The notes under the pieces were generated by a model. That model saw nothing but the letters and a program-made list of their open reading frames with translations, ran no database searches and had not been told where the DNA came from. A stretch of DNA of 63,586 nt, counting the filler, from an uncultured Synergistales bacterium (GTDB lineage Bacteria; Synergistota; Synergistia; Synergistales; Aminobacteriaceae): assembly GCA_937897575.1 (NCBI GenBank). It is 6 parts of 6 records of this genome, joined end to end, with 100 filler letters (N's around TTAATTAATTAA, not from the genome) between each part and the next. Parts side by side here need not be neighbours in the genome. Positions count along the whole stretch, not along the records: positions 56,700 to 62,215 come from CALCQG010000032.1; positions 62,316 to 63,586 come from CALCQG010000052.1; 4 more parts are not named here. One strand, given 5' to 3'. The stretch's first letter is position 1. Every line of letters starts with the position of its first letter. Positions 56,700 to 63,586 of the stretch are shown here, one piece after another. The position numbers and the translations under genes are program-made.

Positions 56700-57856
56700 T
56701 GGCGCTGCTGAACGAGGGCATCCACCCCGTGGGGCCCTGTCAGGGGTCCGTGGGCGCCAGCGGGGACCTCTGCCCCCTCTCCCACCTGGCCCTGCCCCTC
56801 ATCGGTGTGGGCAAGGTCAAGTACAAGGGGCGGACCGTGACGGCGACCAAGGCTCTGGCCTCCGCCGGACTGAAGCCCGTGCAGCTCGGGGCCAAGGAGG
56901 GGCTCGCCCTGAACAACGGCACCGCCGCCATGTCGGCCATGGCGGTCCTCGCGCTCCTCGACGCCGAAAGCCTCGTCAAGGGGGCGGATATCGCGGCGGC
57001 CATGTCCATGGAGGCCCTGCACGGCGTCCCCTATGCCTTCGACGATCGAATCCACGCGCTCCGGCCTCACAAAGGCCAGCGGGCCGTGGCGGCGAACATG
57101 CGCCGCCTGACGGAGGACAGCCGGATTGTGGCGACCTACTGCCGCGAGCGCGTCCAGGACGCCTACTCCATCCGGTGCGTGCCCCAGGTCCACGGCGCGA
57201 GCCGCGACGCCCTGGCCTACGTGCGGAGCGTCCTCGAGACGGAGATCAACTCCGTCACCGACAACCCCATCATCTTCGCCGACGCCGGTGAGGCGGTGAG
57301 CGGCGGCAACTTTCACGGCCAGCCCATCGCCCTCGCCATGGACTTCTTCGGCATTGCCCTGTCGGAGATCGCGAACATCTCCGAACGGCGTCAGGCCCGG
57401 CTCGTGGACGGGAGCCTCTCTGGGCTGCCACCCTTCCTCATGGAGAACAGCGGGCTCAACAGCGGTTTCATGATCCCCCAGTACGTGTCGGCGGCCCTCG
57501 TCTCGGAGAACAAGGTCCTCGCCCACCCCTCGTCCGTGGACTCCATCCCCACGTCGGCGAACCAGGAGGACCACGTCTCCATGGGCGCATGGTCCTGCCG
57601 GAAGGGACAGATGATCCTCGAGAACGCCCGGCGGGTTCTCGCCGTGGAGATGCTCCTGGCCGCCCAGGCGCTGGACTTCAGCAGCCTGCTCCAGCCGGGG
57701 CAGGGCACCAAGGCCGCCCACCGAAGCGTGCGGAGCGTGGTCCCCTATCTGAAGCACGACGACTACCTCCAGCCCCTCGTGGACAGGGTGGATGCCCTGA
57801 TGACCAGGGGCGCTGTCGTGGAGGCCGTTGAAGAGGCCATAGGGGAGCTGGAGTAA
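56700..57856 (+). CDS. hutH: Histidine ammonia-lyase, 5' end missing
   Basis: MIO motif GSVGASGDL, KEGLALNNGT, QDAYSIRCVPQVHG, SGGNFHG, SANQEDHVSMG. Confidence 0.94.
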
Positions 57857-57897
57857 ACAGGCCCGAGGGCCGTACGGACTTTTGGAATGCTCTACGA

Positions 57898-57926
57898 AAA
57901 GGGCGGGTCTCCATGACCCGCCCTTT
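57898..57926. terminator. Bidirectional terminator
   Basis: AAAGGGCGGGTC-TCCAT-GACCCGCCCTTT between convergent genes. Confidence 0.75.
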
Positions 57927-57992
57927 GTCCTGCTCCGCCCTGGCCGTGCCGTTTTCGAAAGGGGTACAACCAGGGGCTTGCCCCTCTCCCGT

Positions 57993-59189
57993 CTATTTGT
58001 TCTTCTCGAGCCACGTCCAGGCAAACCCTGCGAGGGCGGCGACCCCCACGGGGAAGGCGTCCTCGTCCACGGAGAACTTCGGGTGGTGGTGCGGGCTGTT
58101 GCACCCCTTCTCCGGGTTGCCGCCTCCCACGAAGAAGAAGGCGCCCGGGATCTCCCTCTGAAAGTAGCTGAAGTCCTCGGACCCCATGATCAGGGGGGAC
58201 TCCTCCACATTCTCCGCGCCGAAGAGCTCCTCGCATGTGGCCTTCAGCAGCATGGTGGTGTCGTGGTCGTTGATAGTGGCGGGAAGGAATCGCTTGTACT
58301 CGAGGTTGAAGGTGCATCGTCCCATGGCGCAGGCCCCCTCCACGGTCCTGCGCAGGGCCTCCTCCACGTGGTCCTGTATCTCGGGCCTGAAGGTCCGGAC
58401 GGTGCCGTTCATCTTCACCGTGTCGGGGATGATGTTGAACGCCGTATCTCCGGCCTTGATGACCCCTACGCTCAGCACGGCGGTCTCCCTGGCGCTCACC
58501 TCGCGGGCCATCATGGCCTGGAGGTTCAGAACGATGTTCGCCGCAGCGATCGTCGGGTCCACGCTGATCTCGGGGGCCGATCCGTGGCCGCCCTTCCCCT
58601 GGATCGTGAGATACCAGCCGTCGGCGGCGGCCATGAAGGGCCCGGACCGGTAGACGATCTTCCCTGCGGGCTCGGGTGCCCATATGTGCAGTCCGCTTAT
58701 GACGTCGACCCCTTCGAGAACCCCTTCCTCGACCATGATCTTGGCCCCCGGCCTCAGCCCGCTCTCCTCGGCGGGCTGGAAGATCAGCCGGATCGTCCCG
58801 TGGAGCTCGTCCTTGATTTCAGCCAGGATCTTCGCCGCTCCGAGGAGCATGGCCGCATGGCTGTCGTGCCCGCAGGCGTGCATGACGCCGCCAGCCTTGG
58901 ACTTGTAGGGAACATCGTTCTCCTCCTGAAGGGGGAGGGCGTCGATGTCGGCCCGGAGGGCGACGCACTTGCCTCCATGGCCTCCCTTCAGCTCCGCCAC
59001 GACGCCGGACTTGGTGCCGCCGAAGCCCACCTTGACGATGTGATACCCAAGCCCCTTCAGTGTCTCGACGATCTTCTCCGTGGTGGCCGTTTCCTCCCAC
59101 GAGAGCTCGGGGTGCGCGTGAAAATGCCGACGGAGCGTCACGGTCTCCTCCCTGTACGATGCGGCCAGCTTCTTGATCCTCTCCAACAT
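57993..59189 (-). CDS. M20D family amidohydrolase
   Basis: RRHFHAHPELSWEE, LRADIDALP, MHACGHD, FQPAEE, GKGGHGS, GSEDFS, HHHPKF. Confidence 0.93.
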   Translation of the reverse strand: MLERIKKLAASYREETVTLRRHFHAHPELSWEETATTEKIVETLKGLGYHIVKVGFGGTKSGVVAELKGGHGGKCVALRADIDALPLQEENDVPYKSKAGGVMHACGHDSHAAMLLGAAKILAEIKDELHGTIRLIFQPAEESGLRPGAKIMVEEGVLEGVDVISGLHIWAPEPAGKIVYRSGPFMAAADGWYLTIQGKGGHGSAPEISVDPTIAAANIVLNLQAMMAREVSARETAVLSVGVIKAGDTAFNIIPDTVKMNGTVRTFRPEIQDHVEEALRRTVEGACAMGRCTFNLEYKRFLPATINDHDTTMLLKATCEELFGAENVEESPLIMGSEDFSYFQREIPGAFFFVGGGNPEKGCNSPHHHPKFSVDEDAFPVGVAALAGFAWTWLEKNK

Positions 59190-59360
59190 GTACGTGTCAC
59201 CTCTTTCGTGTGATGAAAGAAACAGAATTCTGTCTCTGTACGCTACCACGGTTCGCCCCGCGAATCAAGGCGCGCCTCGGAAGAATCCCCTCGCTCACTG
59301 GAAGAAAGGGTAAAAAACCGGTATGATAAACGAACTCCAACCGAATGGGAGGGATACACC

Positions 59361-59570
59361 ATGAGGCTCAGCGCGCGAAATCAGCTGAAGGGCACCGTCA
59401 CGGCCATCAAGGAGGGCATGGTGGAGGCCCAGGTCACCGTCGATATCGGCGGCGGACAGACTATCGTATCCGTCATCACCGCGGACTCGGTGAAGAACCT
59501 CGGCCTTCGTGTCGGCAGCCCAGTCGTGGCCGTGGTGAAGGCCGACAACGTCATGATAGGGGTGGAGTGA
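59361..59570 (+). CDS. Molybdenum-pterin binding protein (Mop/TOBE domain)
   Basis: MRLSARNQLKG, SVITADSVKNLGL, AVVKA; 69 aa. Confidence 0.93.
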   Translation: MRLSARNQLKGTVTAIKEGMVEAQVTVDIGGGQTIVSVITADSVKNLGLRVGSPVVAVVKADNVMIGVE

Positions 59571-59683
59571 CGAAGCGGAAGGGGACAGAGAGGCCGTATT
59601 CCTTTTCGGAGTGGGGGTTCACTGTACTCTTCGGAGAGGACTTGTGACAGCAGGGACGAACATCTTTCAAAGGAGATGAGGTC

Positions 59684-60538
59684 GTGGCGAAGAAGAAGGG
59701 TCGGCTTGATTTCGTGAAGATGAAGGAGAACGGGGAGCAGGTGACGTGGGTGACGGCCTACGACTTCCCCATGGCGAGCTTCGTCGAGGCGGCGGGGATA
59801 GACATGATCCTCGTGGGGGACTCTCTGGGCATGATCACCCTGGGGTACCAGGGGACCATTCCCGTCACCATGGAGGACTGTCTGAGCCACTGCAAGGCGG
59901 TGCGAAGAGGCGCCCCCAACACCTTCATCATGGGGGACATGCCCTTCGGATCATACCAGGTCTCCGACGAACAGGCCGTGGAGAACGCGGTGCGGTTCTT
60001 CAAGGAGGCGGACGTTGACGCCATCAAGCTCGAAGGCGGTGTCCGGGTGGAGTCGAGGATCAAGGCCATGGCCGACGCGGGGATGCTCGTGTGCGGGCAC
60101 ATCGGCCTGACCCCCCAGAGCTCCGGCCCTCTCGGCGGTTTCAAGGCCCAGGGACTGGATCCCGACTCGGCGCGGTACGTCATCGAGGACGCGCTTGCCG
60201 TTGAGCGTGCGGGAGCCTACGCGCTGCTTGTGGAGGCGGTGCCTCCGGAGCTCACGCAATTCCTTGCGAAGAAGCTGAGCATTCCGGTGTACTCCATCGG
60301 AGCGGGCGGCCCGTGCGACGGCCAGCTTCTGATCTGCGGGGACATGGTAGGGCTGTTCCAGGCGTTCACGCCGAAGTTCGTGAAGGTGTACGCCAACGTT
60401 GCGGAGATCATCACGAAGGCGTTCAAGGAGTACGGTGAGGATGTGCGCACGGGGAAGTTCCCCGGGGACGAGCACTGCTACCACGTACGGAAGGGCATGG
60501 AGGAGGAGTACGCGGCCATGCTCAAGGAGTACGAATAG
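59684..60538 (+). CDS. panB: 3-methyl-2-oxobutanoate hydroxymethyltransferase
   Basis: TAYD, ILVGDSLGM, GDMPFGSY, IKLEGG, GHIGLTPQS, IGAGGPCDGQ, PKFVK. Confidence 0.96.
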   Translation: MAKKKGRLDFVKMKENGEQVTWVTAYDFPMASFVEAAGIDMILVGDSLGMITLGYQGTIPVTMEDCLSHCKAVRRGAPNTFIMGDMPFGSYQVSDEQAVENAVRFFKEADVDAIKLEGGVRVESRIKAMADAGMLVCGHIGLTPQSSGPLGGFKAQGLDPDSARYVIEDALAVERAGAYALLVEAVPPELTQFLAKKLSIPVYSIGAGGPCDGQLLICGDMVGLFQAFTPKFVKVYANVAEIITKAFKEYGEDVRTGKFPGDEHCYHVRKGMEEEYAAMLKEYE

Positions 60539-60559
60539 GCCGGACTTGACCGTGAGAGG

Positions 60560-60598
60560 ATGAAGGCGGAGGAGGGCGTGTCCCTCCTCCGCCTTCAT
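60560..60598 (+). terminator. Stem-loop after panB
   Basis: Perfect 17-bp inverted repeat ATGAAGGCGGAGGAGGG / CCCTCCTCCGCCTTCAT, no clear U-tract. Confidence 0.6.
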
Positions 60599-60821
60599 GG
60601 AACTGTCGAGCGCCGGAGTAGTACAATACAGGAGCCTCCTTCGTCTCCCGCGATGCCCGATGTCGTGATCGCGGAGGCACGGGTGGACGGATAGGTAGAG
60701 CTTCGTCCGGGAGGGTGTCCGAGGAGTTCGGGAATGGTGAGGAGGCCGTCCGGTGGGAGGAGGGCCTGTTCTTGTATGGAAAGGGGATGGAGCCGTGGAG
60801 GAGAGGACGGAACGGAAACCG

Positions 60822-61613
60822 ATGAGGATCGCCGTTTTGATCAAACAGGTTCCCGATTCCGACGACGTTCGGATGGACCCGGAGACGGGAACCATGGTGC
60901 GGGAGGGCGTGGGGGCGATCGTGAACCCGCTCGACCTCAACGCTCTTCAAGCGGCTCTCGACCTGAAGAACGACGCCCCGGGCGGCGCGGAGGTGACCGT
61001 GATCACCATGGGGCCTCCGAAGGCGCACGAGGCGCTGCGCGAATGCATCTCCATGGGGGCGGACGGCGGCGTCCTGCTCTCCGACAGGGCCTTCGCCGGG
61101 AGCGACACCTGGGCGACGGCGAGGGCGCTCGCAAAGGCCGTGGAGAAGACCGGCCCCTACGATCTGGTGCTCGCGGGCGAGAAGGCGACCGACGGCGAGA
61201 CGGGGCAGGTGGGGCCGGAGGTGGCCGTGCTCCTCGACCTTCCCTTCACCACCTACGTCGTCAGGATGGAACTGGCCGATGGAACGGCGACCGTTCGCCG
61301 CATGGTGGAGGAAGGAGTCCATATCCAGCGCCTTCCCCTTCCCTGCATGATCACCGTCCTGCACGCGCTGAACGAGCCGTCCATGCCGACCCTGGCCGGG
61401 AAAAAACGGGCGAGAAGGATCGACATCCCCGTGCTCGGAGCGTCGGATCTCTCCATGGCTCCCGAGGAGACGGGGCTGCGGGGCTCCGCCACGAGGGTGG
61501 TCAGGATATCCTACCCGACCGTTTCCCGGAAGGCGGACATGTATGACGAGAAGAGCCTGGACCAGGGCATCGAGCGGCTCGTCGAACTGCTCAGGGATCA
61601 GGCCGTCATTTGA
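60822..61613 (+). CDS. etfB: Electron transfer flavoprotein beta subunit
   Basis: MRIAVLIKQVPD, NPLD, TMGPP, SDRAFAGSDTWAT, DGETGQVGP. Confidence 0.94.
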   Translation: MRIAVLIKQVPDSDDVRMDPETGTMVREGVGAIVNPLDLNALQAALDLKNDAPGGAEVTVITMGPPKAHEALRECISMGADGGVLLSDRAFAGSDTWATARALAKAVEKTGPYDLVLAGEKATDGETGQVGPEVAVLLDLPFTTYVVRMELADGTATVRRMVEEGVHIQRLPLPCMITVLHALNEPSMPTLAGKKRARRIDIPVLGASDLSMAPEETGLRGSATRVVRISYPTVSRKADMYDEKSLDQGIERLVELLRDQAVI

Positions 61614-61626
61614 GGGAGAGTCGACG

Positions 61627-62215
61627 ATGAGCATTCCTGCGAAAGAGTTCTTCGTCCTCGGCGAGGTCCGACACGGCCGCATTCACTCCGTGTCCTGCGA
61701 GCTCGCTGGGAAGGCGAGGGAGCTGGCCGATTCGGTTGGGGGGACGGTCTCCGTCGTCCTCTTCTGCGACGAGCTGCGGGACGACCCCGAGACTCTGGTG
61801 AAAAGAGGGGCGGACAGGGTCCTCATTGTGCAGCATCCGACCTTCGCGCTGTACGACCAGGAGGCCGAGATCCGCTCTTTGGCCCATCTCGCGCGGCGGT
61901 ACGAGCCGGAGGTGCTCCTCGCTCCGGCGACGACGTCGGGAAGGACGACGCTTCCCGCCGTGGCCGCGCTGCTCGAGACGGGTCTGACCGCCGACTGCAC
62001 GGGGCTCGAGATGGAGCCCGGGTCGGGCCTGCTGCTCCAGACTCGCCCCGCCATAGGGGGCAATGTCATGGCCACCATCAAGACGCCCGATCGTCGCCCT
62101 CAGATGGCCACGGTCCGGCCGAGAACCTTCCGGGTCCCGCCCGAGGCGGAGCGAAGCGGGCGAGTGGAATACCCCGACCTCCCGCCGTCCTGCTTCCAAT
62201 CGAGGGTGCAAAACA
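61627..62215 (+). CDS. etfA: Electron transfer flavoprotein alpha subunit, truncated at contig end
   Basis: GADRV, TGLTADCT, QTRPAIGGNVMATI, PQMATVRP. Confidence 0.93.
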
Positions 62216-62315
62216 NNNNNNNNNNNNNNNNNNNNNNNNNNNNNNNNNNNNNNNNNNNNTTAATTAATTAANNNNNNNNNNNNNNNNNNNNNNNNNNNNN
62301 NNNNNNNNNNNNNNN
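62216..62315. other. Artificial contig spacer
   Basis: N-run, TTAATTAATTAA, N-run. Confidence 0.98.
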
Positions 62316-62327
62316 GGAGGAGTAGCG

Positions 62328-63586
62328 ATGTCCCATCGAAGCATCGAGGAGCTCTGCGAGGAGTTGTTGCAGAAGGGCGTGGAGGCGAAGTCCGGAGGAG
62401 GGGAGAAGGCGCTCGGGAAGCAGAAGGCGAAGGGCAAGGGGAGTGCGCGCGAGCGCATCGACCAGCTCCTTGACCCGGGGACCTTTGTTGAAGTGGACGA
62501 ATTCGTCCGCCACCGGTGCACCAACTTCGGCCTTGAAGAGACGGCGTACTACGGCGACGGCGTGGTCACGGGCTGGGGCCTGGTGGACGGCCGACGGGTC
62601 TACGTCTACAGCCAGGACTTCACGGTGCTGGGTGGCTCACTGGGCGAACAGCACGCGGCGAAGATCTGCAAAGTCATGGACATGGCGCTCTCCACGGGCT
62701 GCCCCGTCATCGGCATCAACGACAGCGGCGGAGCGAGAATCCAGGAGGCCGTGGACTCCCTGAACGGCTACGGAGAGATCTTCTACCGGAACACCGTCAG
62801 CAGCGGCGTCATCCCCCAACTCTCCATCATAGCGGGTCCCACGGCGGGGGGCGCGGTATACAGCCCGGCCCTCACGGACTACATCTTCATGGTGGAGAAG
62901 ACGGGCATCATGCACATCACGGGCCCTGCGGTCATCAAATCGGTGACGGGGGAAGACGTGACCAGCGAAGCCCTCGGAGGCTCCCAGACCCACAACGCCA
63001 TCAGCGGCAACGCGCACTTCACGGCCAAGACGGAGACGGAATGCTTCCAGCAGGTCAGAAAACTCCTCGGCTACCTCCCCTCGAACAACCTCGAAGACGC
63101 GCCGACCGGTTCGACGACGGACGACCCCTACCGCCGGGAGATGGCCCTCCGCGAGACCGTCCCCACCAACCCCAACAAAGGGTACGACGTCCGTGACGTC
63201 ATCCGGAAAGTGGTGGACGACGGAGACTTCTTCGAAGTCCAACCCCTCTGGGCGAAGAACATCCTCACGGGGTACGCCCGAGTGGGAGGCAAAGCCATCG
63301 GCATCATAGCGAACCAGGCGAACCACCTGGCGGGGTGTCTGGACATCAACGCCTCGGACAAAGCCAGCCGCTTCATCCGACACTGTGACGCCTTCAACCT
63401 CCCCATCGTCACCTTCGTGGACGTCCCCGGCTACCTCCCCGGCACGGAACAGGAGTACGGCGGCATCATCCGGCACGGAGCCAAGATGCTCTACGCGTAC
63501 AGCGAAGCCACCGTCCCGCTCGTGACGGTCGTACTCCGGAAAGCGTACGGCGGAGCGTACCTCGGCATGTGCAGCAAAGCGACGGG
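62328..63586 (+). CDS. Acyl-CoA carboxylase carboxyltransferase (methylmalonyl-CoA decarboxylase alpha / PccB family), runs off the window
   Basis: Not in the ORF track. ATG 62328 after GGAGG: MSHRSIEEL, ARERIDQLLDPGTF, GDGVVTG, QDFTVLGGSLG, DSGGARIQE, GGAVYSPALTD, DVPGYLPG, RKAYGGAY. Confidence 0.93.
   Translation, partial: MSHRSIEELCEELLQKGVEAKSGGGEKALGKQKAKGKGSARERIDQLLDPGTFVEVDEFVRHRCTNFGLEETAYYGDGVVTGWGLVDGRRVYVYSQDFTVLGGSLGEQHAAKICKVMDMALSTGCPVIGINDSGGARIQEAVDSLNGYGEIFYRNTVSSGVIPQLSIIAGPTAGGAVYSPALTDYIFMVEKTGIMHITGPAVIKSVTGEDVTSEALGGSQTHNAISGNAHFTAKTETECFQQVRKLLGYLPSNNLEDAPTGSTTDDPYRREMALRETVPTNPNKGYDVRDVIRKVVDDGDFFEVQPLWAKNILTGYARVGGKAIGIIANQANHLAGCLDINASDKASRFIRHCDAFNLPIVTFVDVPGYLPGTEQEYGGIIRHGAKMLYAYSEATVPLVTVVLRKAYGGAYLGMCSKAT

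Overview
This window is six contigs joined by five artificial 100-bp spacers (N-run, TTAATTAATTAA, N-run), so gene adjacency across spacers is not biological. Five contigs look like the chromosome of a GC-rich, diderm, anaerobic amino-acid fermenter (gene content suggests Synergistetes; inference). They carry an RND efflux cluster with htpG and alr, a DEAD-box helicase and cold-shock protein, a selenocysteine-dependent glycine reductase operon (grdX-trxA-grdE-grdA-grdB-grdC-grdD) under a singlet glycine riboswitch, prfA/prmC/trxB/dnaX/dnaE/pyk/nfo, hutH, panB, etfBA and an acyl-CoA carboxyltransferase. One contig (45827-56599) is a more AT-rich tailed-phage fragment: an intein-containing helicase, VRR-NUC, primase-helicase, an iteron-like origin, a RinA-like activator, HNH, terS, terL and portal. 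The most notable observation is an unannotated Met-codon-rich leader peptide (MVNISVRFDGMMMCMNTHGSSPDSVMGA) with overlapping antiterminator and terminator upstream of a metN-like ABC transporter, a candidate ribosome-mediated methionine attenuator. Also notable are a terminator-plus-anti-SD switch-like leader on the DEAD-box helicase, a LAGLIDADG intein with a Gly-Asn/Thr junction, a probable CUG start for the portal, and disruptions in dnaE and grdD that may be assembly errors. All calls come from reading the sequence; no searches or folding programs were run.
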